Assembly (NCBI GenBank): GCA_036522335.1
Contig: DATDGA010000192.1
Location: forward strand, 1 to 39,527
Length of the DNA: 39,527 nt
From: Burkholderiales bacterium
GTDB lineage: Bacteria > Pseudomonadota > Gammaproteobacteria > Burkholderiales > SG8-39
Direction: 5' to 3'
Below are positions 10,771 to 20,972 of the stretch, one piece after another (the first letter of the stretch is position 1; each line of letters starts with the position of its first letter). The translations under genes and the position numbers were made by a program. A model generated the notes under the pieces. The model did no database searches and was not told where the DNA came from. It saw nothing but the letters and a program-made list of their open reading frames with translations.

Positions 10771-10953
10771 TCACAGCTCCACCATCTCGAAATCCTCCTT
10801 TCGAGCGCCGCATTCGGGACAAGTCCAGTTCATTGGCACGTCCTCCCAGCGCGTCCCTGGGGGAATTCCTTCCTCGGGGATGCCTGCAGATTCGTCGTAC
10901 ACAAACCCGCAGATCAAACACATCCAAGTTTTGAAATCTTGCTTTTCCGTCAT
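10771..10953 (-). CDS. rubA: Rubredoxin
   Basis: 60 aa with two CxxC knuckles ([10 protein letters not shown] ... [14 protein letters not shown]) and the rubredoxin W/Y/F core. Confidence 0.92.
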   Translation of the reverse strand: MTEKQDFKTWMCLICGFVYDESAGIPEEGIPPGTRWEDVPMNWTCPECGARKEDFEMVEL

Positions 10954-11037
10954 TAGGTTGGGTTAGGTTACAATGAGCGCTGGCATCATAACCCGAGCGG
11001 CGAGCCACCTACCAGCCGCACCGATTTTCCGCCGCCC

Positions 11038-11877
11038 ATGTCCTCCTATGCCCTCCCCCCTATCGTGCTCGCATTCGCCGCGACGGATCCGACGGGAGGT
11101 GCCGGAGTCCAGGCAGATCTGCTGACGCTTGCCTCGATGGGCTGCCACGCATTGTCCGTTATCACAGCAATCACTGTTCAGGACACGGCAGGAGTCGAAA
11201 ATTTTCAGGCGGTGGATTCCGACTGGGTCGTGGATCAAGCCCGCTTGGTACTTGAAGATATGCCGGTCGCAGCGTTCAAGGTGGGGCTGATCGGAAGCAT
11301 CGAAAACGTAGCCGCTATCGCGGAGGTCGTCTCCGACTATCCCGATGTCCCGCTTATCTTCGACCCCGTGCTCGCATCAGGGCGCGGCGACGAGTTGGCG
11401 ACCGAGGACATGATCTCAGCAATGTGCGAGCTGCTGCTGCCCCAGACCACGATTCTAACTCCGAACAGTCGTGAAGCGCGGCGTCTCGCCCAAGGTGACG
11501 GCGAGGAAGGCGAAGACCTCGCCCTTGGCGACGCGGCGGACAAACTGCTCGGTCTGGGCTGCGAGTACGTGCTCATCACGGGCACGCACGAAAACACGCC
11601 GCAAGTGGTGAATGTACTCTACGGTCCGCAAGGAGTGGTGCGGACGGACAGCTGGGAAAGGTTGCCGGGAAGCTATCATGGCTCGGGTTGTACGCTTGCC
11701 GCAGCGATCGCGGCGACGCTCGCCAACGGTCTGGAGCTCCCCGACGCGGTGCGCGAGGCCCAGGAATACACCTGGCAGGCGCTCAACGCCGGGTTTCGCC
11801 CGGGTATGGGCCAGCACATACCGGATCGGTTTTTCTGGGCGCGGGAAATGGATGAACCGGGCGCAAGCAACGCCTGA
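11038..11877 (+). CDS. thiD: Hydroxymethylpyrimidine/phosphomethylpyrimidine kinase ThiD
   Basis: ThiD motifs: DPTGGAGVQADL, DPVLASGRGD, ILTPNSREA, VLITGTH, GSGCTLAAAIAA. Confidence 0.92.
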   Translation: MSSYALPPIVLAFAATDPTGGAGVQADLLTLASMGCHALSVITAITVQDTAGVENFQAVDSDWVVDQARLVLEDMPVAAFKVGLIGSIENVAAIAEVVSDYPDVPLIFDPVLASGRGDELATEDMISAMCELLLPQTTILTPNSREARRLAQGDGEEGEDLALGDAADKLLGLGCEYVLITGTHENTPQVVNVLYGPQGVVRTDSWERLPGSYHGSGCTLAAAIAATLANGLELPDAVREAQEYTWQALNAGFRPGMGQHIPDRFFWAREMDEPGASNA

Positions 11878-12514
11878 GCGGTTCGTGGGTTTCGTGACCT
11901 TGCTCCGTGGGCTGTACGCAGTAACACCCGACGAGCCCGAGACCGAGGTGTTAGCGCACAAAGTACGCAAGGCGCTCGCAGGTGGAGCGGGCATCGTTCA
12001 ATACCGCAACAAATCGGCAAGCACAGAGCTGCGTCGTGAGCAAGGCACGGTATTGCTCGCACTGTGTCGCGGCGCGGGCATCCCGCTCATCGTCAACGAT
12101 GATCTGGAGCTGGCACTCGCGATTGGCGCGGACGGCCTACATCTTGGACGCGACGACAAGGATATTGCCGGCGCGCGCGCCATGCTGAGTAAAGGCGGTT
12201 TGCTCGGGGCTTCCTGCTATGACAGCCTCGAGCTCGCTTTTGCTGCGCGCCAGGCAGGTGCCGACTACGTGGCTTTCGGCAGTGCTTTTCTCTCCGCCAC
12301 CAAACCAGGGACAACTCGCGCACCGCTTTCTCTCCTTCGCGAGGCGAAAGCGCTTCTGGATTCTCCGATTGTCGCGATCGGAGGCGTCACCACCGAAAAC
12401 GCACACGCCGTAGTCGAGGCGGGTGCCGATGCCATCGCCGTCATCAGCGCGTTGTTCGACGCCCCCGACATCGAACGCCGCGCCCGGGAATTTGTGAGGA
12501 TTTTTCAGCGCTGA
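11852..12514 (+). CDS. thiE: Thiamine-phosphate synthase ThiE
   Basis: The internal ATG at 11852 overlaps the end of thiD. Motifs: [41 protein letters not shown]. The first 80 codons of the track ORF lie in another frame inside thiD. Confidence 0.9.
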   Translation: MNRAQATPERFVGFVTLLRGLYAVTPDEPETEVLAHKVRKALAGGAGIVQYRNKSASTELRREQGTVLLALCRGAGIPLIVNDDLELALAIGADGLHLGRDDKDIAGARAMLSKGGLLGASCYDSLELAFAARQAGADYVAFGSAFLSATKPGTTRAPLSLLREAKALLDSPIVAIGGVTTENAHAVVEAGADAIAVISALFDAPDIERRAREFVRIFQR

Positions 12515-12608
12515 GACCGCAGGAGTGTCCCTGAGGCAAAGTCATCCACCGAAAACTCCGTATGGTCCGCACCTTCGCGGTCGACCCCCACTTCCAATCG
12601 ACGCAGCC

Positions 12609-13892
12609 ATGACCTCCAGGAACGATCTTCTGTTCGAGCGCGCTCAGAAAACCATTCCCGGCGGGGTTAATTCCCCGGTTCGCGCGTTTCGCGCCGTCGG
12701 CGGCACGCCCCGATTTGCGGTTCGGGGTGAAGGTAGCCGCCTTTGGGACGCCGACGGTCGCGAATATATCGACTACGTCGGATCCTGGGGACCGCTGGTG
12801 CTCGGACACGCGGAACGGGACGTGGTGATGGCGGTACGCGATGCCGCGGGCCGTGGTCTTTCCTTTGGAGCTCCGACCGAACTCGAATCCGAGATGGCCG
12901 AGCGGCTCACGCGACTCATCCCTGGGCTTGAATTGGTTCGGCTAGTGAGTTCGGGCACCGAGGCGACCATGTCGGCATTGCGGCTTGCGCGCGGGTTCAC
13001 CGGACGATCCCGTATCGTCAAATTCGAGGGTTGCTATCACGGCCATGCAGATAGCCTGCTTGTCAAAGCCGGGTCGGGCGCGCTCACTTTGGGCAACCCA
13101 AATTCCGCCGGCGTACCGTCCGAGATCGCGGCGCAAACGCTAGTACTCGACTACAACGACATCGCGCAACTCGATACCGCATTCGGGAGGTTGGGCGATT
13201 CAATTGCCTGCGCCATCGTCGAGCCGATAGCAGGAAACATGAACTTGGTTGCGCCGAGGCCCGGGTTTCTCGAGCGCCTGCGCGAGTTATGCACACGCCA
13301 CGGCGCAGTGCTGATCTTCGATGAAGTGATGACAGGCTTTCGCGTTGGCCTGAGAGGAGCCCAGGACCTGTACGGAGTCCAGGCTGACCTTGTCACGCTC
13401 GGCAAGGTGATCGGCGGGGGGATGCCTCTTGCGGCGTTCGGGGGTCGTCGCGAAATCATGGAGAAGATCGCCCCACTCGGCCCGGTATATCAGGCAGGTA
13501 CGCTTTCAGGTAATCCGCTTGCGGTAGCCGCCGGGCTTGCAACCCTCAAGAAACTCGAGACGCCCGGATTCTATGAACGTCTCGCCGAGGCCACGCGTTC
13601 GCTTTGCGACGGACTCTCGGCTGCAGCTCGCAGCCACGATGTTGTTTTCTCAGCCCAGTCGGTGGGAGGCATGTTCGGTCTGTTTTTTCGCGCTGTACCG
13701 CCCACCACTTTCGCCGAGGTCATGCAATGCGACAAGGTGGCATTCAACCGCTTTTTCCACGCCATGCTCGAGCGTGGCGTGTACCTAGCCCCTTCGGCAT
13801 ACGAAGCAGGTTTCGTTTCAGCGGCGCACTCCGAAACGGACATTGCCGCTACAATCGCCGCGGCAGACGCTGCGTTCGACTCTATGTCCTAG
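12609..13892 (+). CDS. hemL: Glutamate-1-semialdehyde 2,1-aminomutase HemL
   Basis: Starts at the internal ATG at 12609. Motifs: [36 protein letters not shown] and the PLP-lysine region [11 protein letters not shown]. About 427 aa. Confidence 0.94.
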   Translation: MTSRNDLLFERAQKTIPGGVNSPVRAFRAVGGTPRFAVRGEGSRLWDADGREYIDYVGSWGPLVLGHAERDVVMAVRDAAGRGLSFGAPTELESEMAERLTRLIPGLELVRLVSSGTEATMSALRLARGFTGRSRIVKFEGCYHGHADSLLVKAGSGALTLGNPNSAGVPSEIAAQTLVLDYNDIAQLDTAFGRLGDSIACAIVEPIAGNMNLVAPRPGFLERLRELCTRHGAVLIFDEVMTGFRVGLRGAQDLYGVQADLVTLGKVIGGGMPLAAFGGRREIMEKIAPLGPVYQAGTLSGNPLAVAAGLATLKKLETPGFYERLAEATRSLCDGLSAAARSHDVVFSAQSVGGMFGLFFRAVPPTTFAEVMQCDKVAFNRFFHAMLERGVYLAPSAYEAGFVSAAHSETDIAATIAAADAAFDSMS

Positions 13893-14101
13893 ACTCGGCT
13901 CGACTCGAATCCGGTGTCTAGCTCTCGCCAGGTTCACACCAGGAACAGCGTCGCCAAGTCGAGGAAAATGAAAACCCACCGCGGGACCGAGGACCCAAGC
14001 GCCATTGCGCCCGAACCGGATCATCGTGAGCGGGATAACCACCGGCTCTTGCGGCAAGCAGGAACGCCGGACGGCGCTCGGCAGCAGCGCTCAACAACTT
14101 G

Positions 14102-14806
14102 CTAAGGAATCTGTGCGGCGAACATCTGCGCCAATATGCTCTCGCTATAGCTCGTTAGGTACGCCGAGTCGCGGTTGCGATCGTAGTACCGCGGACGTGG
14201 AAGCATCGCAGCCAGTCGCGCCGCCTGCTCGGGCTGAAGGCTCCCTGCGTCCACGCCGAAGTAGTAGTGTGCCGCAGCTTCGGCTCCGAACACGTGGTCG
14301 CCCCACTCCGCCACGTTCAAGTAGATTTCAAAAATACGGCGCTTGTCCATCGCGGCCTCGATCATCGCAGCGAGGATCGTCTCCTGGGCTTTGCGCAGGA
14401 GGCTGCGCTCGCCCGAAAGAAACAGGTTCTTGGCGAGCTGTTGAGTAATGGTTGAGCCGCCGGCGACGATTTTTCCGCGCCGCTGGTTCTTCTCCATCGC
14501 ACGCTGAATACCCTCCCAGTCGAACCCTTCGTGATCGGTGAACTTTGCGTCCTCAGCGACGATGATGGCGCGCTTCAGGTGGACGGAGATATGTTCATAG
14601 TTTGCCCATGTCTGCTCGAGTACCGCGTGCGGCCTCTTCTGCCGCAGCGTTTCCAGGCGCGCTTCCATCATCCGTGTTGTTGAAGGGTTGTGGTCGACCC
14701 AATACAGCACCTGCGCAAAGAACCAGAACTCGTAGATGGCAAGAGCGATGACCGCCGTCCCCGTGACGAAGCAGAATACCTTCCACAGCAAGACCAATAG
14801 CCTCAT
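14102..14806 (-). CDS. mtgA: Monofunctional biosynthetic peptidoglycan transglycosylase MtgA
   Basis: N-terminal TM helix. GT51 motifs: IIVAEDAKFTDHEGFDW, GGSTITQQLAKNLFLS, RKAQE, KRRIFEIYLNVAEWG. Confidence 0.92.
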   Translation of the reverse strand: MRLLVLLWKVFCFVTGTAVIALAIYEFWFFAQVLYWVDHNPSTTRMMEARLETLRQKRPHAVLEQTWANYEHISVHLKRAIIVAEDAKFTDHEGFDWEGIQRAMEKNQRRGKIVAGGSTITQQLAKNLFLSGERSLLRKAQETILAAMIEAAMDKRRIFEIYLNVAEWGDHVFGAEAAAHYYFGVDAGSLQPEQAARLAAMLPRPRYYDRNRDSAYLTSYSESILAQMFAAQIP

Positions 14807-14909
14807 TCAGGAGTGGCGTGCCCCTAGCCGGGGGCGCGCAGCGCGCTCAATTCGCGCTTCGTTGAGCGGTCGAGTTCCGTTCCGCGTGCGTTGCGGAAGA
14901 GAAACATCC

Positions 14910-15848
14910 TCACTCGCTGAATACCTTGTCACCTCGAGCGAAATGCCACGTGCGGGTAATCACTAGAATGTCGGTTTCCATGCGGATGTCCGCGGGAAAT
15001 TTTGCATAGGGCGCCGCCAGCTGGACGATGCGCTCCGCGGCGGCATCGAGGACCTTGTATCCGGAGGATCGCTCCAGATCCATTGCTGCTAGGGTGCCAT
15101 CCGAATTGATCGATACTGTAAGTCTCAAGCTGCCGTAGATCTTGCCGCGTGCTCGCTCCGGATAGTTGAGATTTCCGATGCGCTCGATCTTCTGACGCCA
15201 GTCTTCCACATATAGGGCGTAACGAATCTCGGCGGCACGAGCACCTATAAATGTCTTTCGCGGGCGTTTGTTGTACTCCTCGATCTGGCGTGCGATTTGC
15301 GCTTCCATCCGAGCGACGATCAATGCGCTATCCGCAAGTTCTGCTCCCGAAAGTTGCGACTTCGTTTCGGCTTTCGGCTTCGGCTCAGGAGCAACAAGCT
15401 TTCTGTTGGTTTGCGTTTGAGACAGCAGCTGTTTCTGTCGTGTCTCCAGTTCCTGAACGCGACGCGAAGCTTCTTTCAGGTCCTTTCCGGGCTCGGCCGG
15501 CTGAAGAACGGGAAGCGGCGATTTCGCTCGGCGATCAAGGTCGGTGTCACCCCCACCATCGAGGTTCGCCTGAGCGTAGGCTTCCGGCCGGGCTGGCCTT
15601 GTGCGGCTCTTGGAATTGACCAACACAACTTCTAGCGTTGACGGCGCGAGCCCGCGCAGCGTGTCGGGCAGCTTGAAATGGATCGAGAGTACGGTGGCAT
15701 GAAGGACGATCGAGATGGAGAGTGCCATTGCCAGCGCCCGCGATTCGGGATCGAGTCTCGAAAGCGACGCCGGCAACGCTAGCGCCAACGGGTAGGAATC
15801 CGCTCTAGGAGTACCCAAGGTAGACCCATTAAAAGCTTTGTGAATCAT
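14910..15848 (-). CDS. TonB C-terminal domain protein (energy transducer TonB-like)
   Basis: N-terminal TM (LAMALSISIVLHATVLSI), a charged/Pro-Lys-rich central linker (EPKPKAETK) with a Q/E/R-rich helical stretch, and a C-terminal TonB-type domain (YPERARGKIYGSLRLTVSINSDGTLAAMDLERSSGYKVLDAAAERIV). Confidence 0.75.
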   Translation of the reverse strand: MIHKAFNGSTLGTPRADSYPLALALPASLSRLDPESRALAMALSISIVLHATVLSIHFKLPDTLRGLAPSTLEVVLVNSKSRTRPARPEAYAQANLDGGGDTDLDRRAKSPLPVLQPAEPGKDLKEASRRVQELETRQKQLLSQTQTNRKLVAPEPKPKAETKSQLSGAELADSALIVARMEAQIARQIEEYNKRPRKTFIGARAAEIRYALYVEDWRQKIERIGNLNYPERARGKIYGSLRLTVSINSDGTLAAMDLERSSGYKVLDAAAERIVQLAAPYAKFPADIRMETDILVITRTWHFARGDKVFSE

Positions 15849-15910
15849 GTGATTCTAAGCTCTTTTTCGAGCTTTGTCTCATGAACGCAATAGACCGTGA
15901 GCTTTAGTCT

Positions 15911-17770
15911 CTAGGACGCATCTTTGCGGCTGCGGAACACACACGTAAGATTAGCTTCGACAAGGTCGATCTCCGTCACCGCAATTTCGACGCCTGTGCC
16001 CGGAGCAAGCTCGGGCATCGACGGCACCCTTGCGTATAGCGGAAGGCCGTCGAATTTGACCAGATTTTCGCGCACGACCACGGCCCCTGCAATATTGATC
16101 GACTCCTGAAGGAGCCACCTCAAGCACCAATAGTGCTCCATACGGCTCTGGAATTCATCGTAGGCAGCATATGTTGTCTCGAAATCATGCACTGCAGCAA
16201 GCATGGTGTCGGCATTGCGAGAAAACGGCGGTTCCTGTCCATCAAGGAGCGCGACAAGCTGCCACTGATTCACCAGATCCACATACCGGCGGAGGGGCGA
16301 ACTCGCCCAGACGTAGTGGCTGATGCCAAGACCTTGATGCGCCATCGCCGATGTGGTCATCCTTACCTTACCCGCGGATTGGACGCGGTAGATCGCCGCG
16401 ACGTCGTGATCGTCGAGCAGTTTCCCCCAGCGGCCGTTAACGGCAATCATCAGCTCAGAGACCAGCTTGTCTAGCGGTGTACCGCGCCGGCGCTCGGAAA
16501 CTGTGACGCGCGCATCTTCCCCGCTACCCGCGACACGGAAAGTGTAGTCGGGACGTTCGGGAGTCGCAGAGGGTTTGCCGCGAGCCCCCCCGAGGGCGAC
16601 CGCAACCTTCCAGAGCGTGTTTAACTCACGCGAATAGGGAACGTCAGTTTGCGATGCCTCCGCGAGGAAAGCTGTATCGAGTGCTTCCACCGATTGATGG
16701 CGGAGGTTGGCGGCAATGTGCACGCGTTCGAGGTGTGTGTGGTAAGTCTCGACAGCGAAATCTTCGGCGCGTACGTCGAGGTACAGGGAAAGCGAGGGGC
16801 GCTCGGCGCCTTCCGTCAAGGAATAGCGTTCGATCGCTTCGGGCGGCAACATGGGGATCTTGCGGCCGGGCATGTATACCGTAGACAACCTCGCGCGTGC
16901 GACAGCATCGAGCGGCGATCCAGGTGCGAACCCGAGCGCCGGGGCGGCAATGTGGATTCCGACGCGAAATCGACCGCCAGCAAGGGGGAGAAGGGAGAAG
17001 GCATCATCGATTTCTGTCGTGTCCGCGTCGTCAAGGCTGAATGCGTGGGATTCGGCAAGGGGCAGGTCCCGGGGTTCGTTGACCCCAATCCCCGAGGGAA
17101 AACCTATTCCCCGTGGAAAGTATTCATACAGAAAGCGGTCGAGGTGATACTCGTGGCTAGAGGGCAGCGCGCCGCAGCGCTCGATCAGTCTTGCCGCAGA
17201 CAATCCGGTTCTTCCGGAAGCTTCCTCGAGCGCTTTGCTTTCCGGCCGGTTGCGATCGGGTCTGTACAGGAGCTGTTTGAGGAACGGCCGGAACTCCTCG
17301 GGAAGCTCGCCGCGAGCGAGCTGCTCAGCCCACTCATTGACCTGCAGTTTCTGCTTTTCCCTCTTTTCGATGCCGGCAAGCGCCGTACGCAAGGTCTCGG
17401 ACGGCGCTGCGCGGTATCGCCCCCTGCCCTTGCGATAAAAATATACCGGCGCAGAATGCAGCTTCACGAGGATACCGGCTGATTCCACTGCCGACGGAGT
17501 TCGGCCGCAGTACTCGCGCGCGAGATCTGCAAATCCGAATTCGTTCATATCGCAACACTGCCAAAGGAAATCAGTTTCTATTCCGCGAGCGAGCTCTTCT
17601 GCCTGAGCAAGGAACTGTACAGCTCCGGGTTCCTGAAAGCGCAGGAGTACATCCTTTGCTTTGATCTTGGCGCGCTTGCCGTGTGGCGCCTCGACCTGCA
17701 GGGACGTATCGCCGTCGGCGAGCACGGCGGCGACCTTGAATGCGCCGTTTTCTTCGTAGAGAACGTTCAT
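15911..17770 (-). CDS. RNB-domain exoribonuclease (RNase II family)
   Basis: About 620 aa. RNB catalytic-site motif [14 protein letters not shown], downstream [14 protein letters not shown] and [16 protein letters not shown]. The start is most likely the ATG at 17770 ([13 protein letters not shown]). Confidence 0.85.
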   Translation of the reverse strand: MNVLYEENGAFKVAAVLADGDTSLQVEAPHGKRAKIKAKDVLLRFQEPGAVQFLAQAEELARGIETDFLWQCCDMNEFGFADLAREYCGRTPSAVESAGILVKLHSAPVYFYRKGRGRYRAAPSETLRTALAGIEKREKQKLQVNEWAEQLARGELPEEFRPFLKQLLYRPDRNRPESKALEEASGRTGLSAARLIERCGALPSSHEYHLDRFLYEYFPRGIGFPSGIGVNEPRDLPLAESHAFSLDDADTTEIDDAFSLLPLAGGRFRVGIHIAAPALGFAPGSPLDAVARARLSTVYMPGRKIPMLPPEAIERYSLTEGAERPSLSLYLDVRAEDFAVETYHTHLERVHIAANLRHQSVEALDTAFLAEASQTDVPYSRELNTLWKVAVALGGARGKPSATPERPDYTFRVAGSGEDARVTVSERRRGTPLDKLVSELMIAVNGRWGKLLDDHDVAAIYRVQSAGKVRMTTSAMAHQGLGISHYVWASSPLRRYVDLVNQWQLVALLDGQEPPFSRNADTMLAAVHDFETTYAAYDEFQSRMEHYWCLRWLLQESINIAGAVVVRENLVKFDGLPLYARVPSMPELAPGTGVEIAVTEIDLVEANLTCVFRSRKDAS

Positions 17771-17883
17771 AAACTGGGTGAACCGCGGGCGAGACGCATC
17801 GCGCCAGCCCAATGGATGCCATAATTATATAGTAGCGTTGCTCCTGCCCCCCCTGCGCAGACAACCTCGGAACTTAGACAGAC

Positions 17884-19023
17884 ATGGCCAAGATCGAGTC
17901 GATTTCTGTAGCCACCGCCCGCGTGCCGCTAGACAACGCGACGAGCTTTGCCACGCGCACGGTATGGGCACGCGACTATGGTCTTGTCAAGGTGAGAGCG
18001 GGAGATTTCGAGGGGATCGGATTTTGCTATGCGGGGTCCTCCGCAGGAACTCTCGTCGCACATGCCGTGGAGCATTTGCTTGCCCCGATCTTGCTCGGCA
18101 GCGACACCCTGCTCGTCGAAGCTTTGTGGCAGCGGATGTTCCAAGAGACCCTCTTGCACGGGCGTTCTGGTAGCGTCATGCGTGCGATTTCGATCCTCGA
18201 CTGCGCGCTTTGGGATCTAAACTCGCGGTCAGCAAGACTGCCTTTGTACAAATACCTGGGCGCCGCCACGGACGACTCCGTCCCTGCTTACGCGAGCGGT
18301 GGTTACTACCTTCCCGGCAAGACGCCGAAAAAGCTGGGCGAGGAAATGGCCGGTTATGTGAGGGCAGGCTTTCACGCCGTAAAGATGAAAGTGGGGCGCC
18401 TCTCGCCCAAGGAGGAAGAGGCCCGGGTCAAGGCGGCGCGCGACGCGATCGGAGCCGAGGTCGAGTTGATGCTGGATGCAAACAACTCCTGGCACGATCT
18501 GCCTACGGCAATGCGGTACATGGAGCGCTTCGAGCTCTACGACCCCTATTGGATCGAGGAGCCGTTCTTTCCCGATGACATCGACAACCATGCGCGTCTT
18601 GCAAGACTCACGCGCGTAACGGTGGCGACCGGCGAGATCGGCACCGGGCGCTGGCATTTCAAGGAAATCCTCGACAAGGGAGCCGCGCAGATCCTGCAGA
18701 CCGACGCTTTGGTGTGCGGCGGGGTTTCTGAATGGAGAAAAATCGCTGCGACTGCATCGAGCTACGGCGTGACCGTATGCCCTCACTGGTTTCACGACCT
18801 GCACGCGCAGCTCGTCGCGGCGACGCCTAACGCGCGTTACGTCGAATTCTTTCCCGACGACCAGGTACTCAATTTCCGGCGTCTCATCGATAGACAGCTC
18901 CAGACCAAAGACGGAATGCTGATGCTACCGAAAACGCCGGGCCTTGGATTCGAATTCGACGAAAAGGCGGTGGCGCGCTACGCGCTCAAAGACGGGAAAT
19001 CGGTATGGAAAGTGTTGAAGTGA
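17884..19023 (+). CDS. Enolase-superfamily enzyme, mandelate racemase/muconate lactonizing (acid-sugar dehydratase-like) family
   Basis: KxK motif (AVKMKVG), metal-ligand contexts MLDANN, IEEP and ATGE, and a late His (CPHWFHD). 379 aa. Substrate cannot be assigned from sequence. Confidence 0.82.
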   Translation: MAKIESISVATARVPLDNATSFATRTVWARDYGLVKVRAGDFEGIGFCYAGSSAGTLVAHAVEHLLAPILLGSDTLLVEALWQRMFQETLLHGRSGSVMRAISILDCALWDLNSRSARLPLYKYLGAATDDSVPAYASGGYYLPGKTPKKLGEEMAGYVRAGFHAVKMKVGRLSPKEEEARVKAARDAIGAEVELMLDANNSWHDLPTAMRYMERFELYDPYWIEEPFFPDDIDNHARLARLTRVTVATGEIGTGRWHFKEILDKGAAQILQTDALVCGGVSEWRKIAATASSYGVTVCPHWFHDLHAQLVAATPNARYVEFFPDDQVLNFRRLIDRQLQTKDGMLMLPKTPGLGFEFDEKAVARYALKDGKSVWKVLK

Positions 19024-19586
19024 CGTCCATGCCGGCAAATTCCAGGATTAGTGGAATGTGCGCCGGAAAGCTTGCAAGGGTATGGTCTCCTCCCTGCACC
19101 ACGATCTGCTTCGCACCCAAGTACTTTTTTACCGCCATTCGGTAGAGCACCTCGTCCCCTGTTTCGACCAAAAGAAGGTAACGCTCGGGATGTACTTCGG
19201 CCACGAGAAGGCTCTTCCATTGCCGTAAATGTTCTTCGGTAAGCTCGTAGCTTTCCCCGCCGCCATGGTAGCGCCGCTGCGGGCCGAGGCGGGTACGCAG
19301 CCCTATATGCGGATCAATCGCCGGATTGATCAACACCGCGCAGACCGTGTTTTTCGGCAAACCACGTCGCGTAGTACCCCCCGAGCGAACTTCCTACCAG
19401 CGTGATGTTTCCCTTGGGCCGCTGGGCTATCTCGGCCTCGACAACCGCCACAGCCAGATCCGGCAAGTGGAGCAATTGCGGGCAGACAAATTTCCTGCCT
19501 CTGCCTCGCTGATCCAGATATCGCCTGAAATACTGTACCTTGCTCGATTGCGGCGAACTATTGAACCCGTGCAGATAAATGATCAT
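18986..19586 (-). pseudogene. yqiA: YqiA-like (UPF0227) alpha/beta-hydrolase esterase, split by a frameshift near 19336-19343
   Basis: The N-terminal part is ORF 19314..19586 (MIIYLHGFNSSPQS...LVGSSLGGYYATWFAEKHGL). The C-terminal part is in another frame, ORF 18986..19360 (AVLINPAIDPH...LLVETGDEVLYRMAV...GGDHTLASF). Together they are colinear with YqiA-family esterases. The junction lies in CTGCGCGGTG. Confidence 0.8.
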
Positions 19587-19604
19587 GCCCGGTCGCTGAG
19601 ACGA

Positions 19605-20972
19605 TCATGCCCGGGCCGTCGGAGCCTTTCGTTTTGAGAGCTCCGCAAGCAAGCGTTCATGGATACCCCCGAACCCCCCGTTTGACATCACGAGCACGTG
19701 ATCGCCGGGTCGCACCTCGTTGACGATAGCACCGATGAGCCGTTCCATATTCCCTTCGATGCTCGCGCGAGCACCAAGCGGCGCGAGTGCTACATGGGGG
19801 TCCCAGCCAAGGTCTGCGCTGTAGCAAAATACGTGGTCGGCGTGCTCGAGACTCGCAGGGAGACTTTCCTTCATGACGCCAGCTTTCATCGTGTTGGAAC
19901 GCGGCTCGAGCACGGCGAGAATGCGCGCGTCACCGACCTGGTCTCGCATACCCGAAAGGGTTGCCGCGATCGCGGTTGGATGGTGGGCAAAGTCGTCCCA
20001 GATGGAGACCCCTGCTGATGTGCCCCGAAATTCCATGCGGCGCCGGACGCCCTTGAAACGCGATAGTGCCAGAATCGCTCGCTCCGGATCGACCCCGGCA
20101 GCCTGAGCCGCGGCAATCGCCGCAAGCGCATTCTGCTGGTTGTGATCTCCATGAAGTTCCCAGCGCAGCAGGCCAATAGTTTCACCTTTGTTTAGCACCT
20201 CGAAGCTTCCATGCCCAGCCGCGAGCGCGCTCCAGCCCGCGGCTGTTCCAAATCGCTCCACTTCGGTCCAACAACCGCGTGTAAGCACACGCTCTACAGC
20301 TGAGTCGGTACCGTTCACTACCAGCTTCCCAGAGCTGGGGATCGTCCGCACGAAATGGTGAAATTGCGTCTCAATCGCTGCTAGATCGCGGAAGATGTCT
20401 GCGTGATCAAACTCGATATTGTTCACGACTGCGATTTTGGGATGATAATGGATCATCTTGGATCTCTTGTCGAAGAACGCTGTGTCGTATTCGTCGGCTT
20501 CAATCACAAAATCGGTTTGTTTTCCTAGCTTTGCGGAGATCCCGAGGTTCTTTGGGATGCCCCCGATGAGGAATCCGGGCTCCATTCCGACATCCTCAAG
20601 AATCCACATGAGCATGGAGGAGGTCGTCGTTTTCCCGTGCGTCCCAGATACAGCGAGCACGCGCTTACCGCGCAAGACATTTTCCGCCAACCATTGGGGG
20701 CCCGAAATGTAGGGATCGCCTCGATCAAGTATCGCCTCCATCAGGGGATTCCCTCGCGTGACCACGTTCCCAACCACCCACAGATCGGGTTTCAGCGAGG
20801 CTTGGTCCGCCCCGAAGCCAGCAGTCAGTGCGACACCCTCCGCGACGAGCTGCGTGCTCATGGGCGGATATGCATTCGAATCGCACCCGGTCACGCGATG
20901 GCCTGCTGCCTTTGCGATCGCAGCGATTCCGCCCATGAAAGTACCGCAAATGCCGAGGATATGGATGTGCAC
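19605..20972 (-). CDS. mpl: UDP-N-acetylmuramate:L-alanyl-gamma-D-glutamyl-meso-diaminopimelate ligase Mpl
   Basis: MHIHILGICGTFMGGIAAIA, GTHGKTTT, FVIEADEYDTAFFDKRSK, DDFAHHPTAI, VMSNGGFGGIH. Colinear with Mpl over the full length. GTG start. Confidence 0.94.
   Translation of the reverse strand: MHIHILGICGTFMGGIAAIAKAAGHRVTGCDSNAYPPMSTQLVAEGVALTAGFGADQASLKPDLWVVGNVVTRGNPLMEAILDRGDPYISGPQWLAENVLRGKRVLAVSGTHGKTTTSSMLMWILEDVGMEPGFLIGGIPKNLGISAKLGKQTDFVIEADEYDTAFFDKRSKMIHYHPKIAVVNNIEFDHADIFRDLAAIETQFHHFVRTIPSSGKLVVNGTDSAVERVLTRGCWTEVERFGTAAGWSALAAGHGSFEVLNKGETIGLLRWELHGDHNQQNALAAIAAAQAAGVDPERAILALSRFKGVRRRMEFRGTSAGVSIWDDFAHHPTAIAATLSGMRDQVGDARILAVLEPRSNTMKAGVMKESLPASLEHADHVFCYSADLGWDPHVALAPLGARASIEGNMERLIGAIVNEVRPGDHVLVMSNGGFGGIHERLLAELSKRKAPTARA

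Noticed and set aside
10975-11037. TPP riboswitch upstream of thiD
   Set aside because: I looked for the conserved THI-box cores (CUGAGA and the ACCUGAUCUGGAUAAUGCCAGCG-like segment). None is present in the 84-nt spacer.
13895-13925. tRNA-like T-loop string (GACTCGAATCCGG) and the inverted repeat CTAGAC...GTCTAG after hemL
   Set aside because: No complementary T-stem, acceptor stem or anticodon arm can be drawn, so it is not a tRNA. The inverted repeat has a 22-nt loop and no U-tract, making it at best a weak terminator.
13914-14105. 63-aa ORF in the hemL/mtgA convergent spacer, with an internal ATG after GAGG
   Set aside because: The translation is hydrophilic and Arg-rich with no motif. 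Third-position G/C is only moderate and the Shine-Dalgarno spacing is very short. It sits where two convergent transcripts end.
19340-19360. Possible programmed ribosomal frameshift at GAAAAAC in the yqiA-like gene
   Set aside because: Homology in the upstream frame continues past the A-run through EKHGL. The frame switch must therefore occur later, in CTGCGCGG, which is not a slippery site. A simple indel or a sequencing error is the better explanation.
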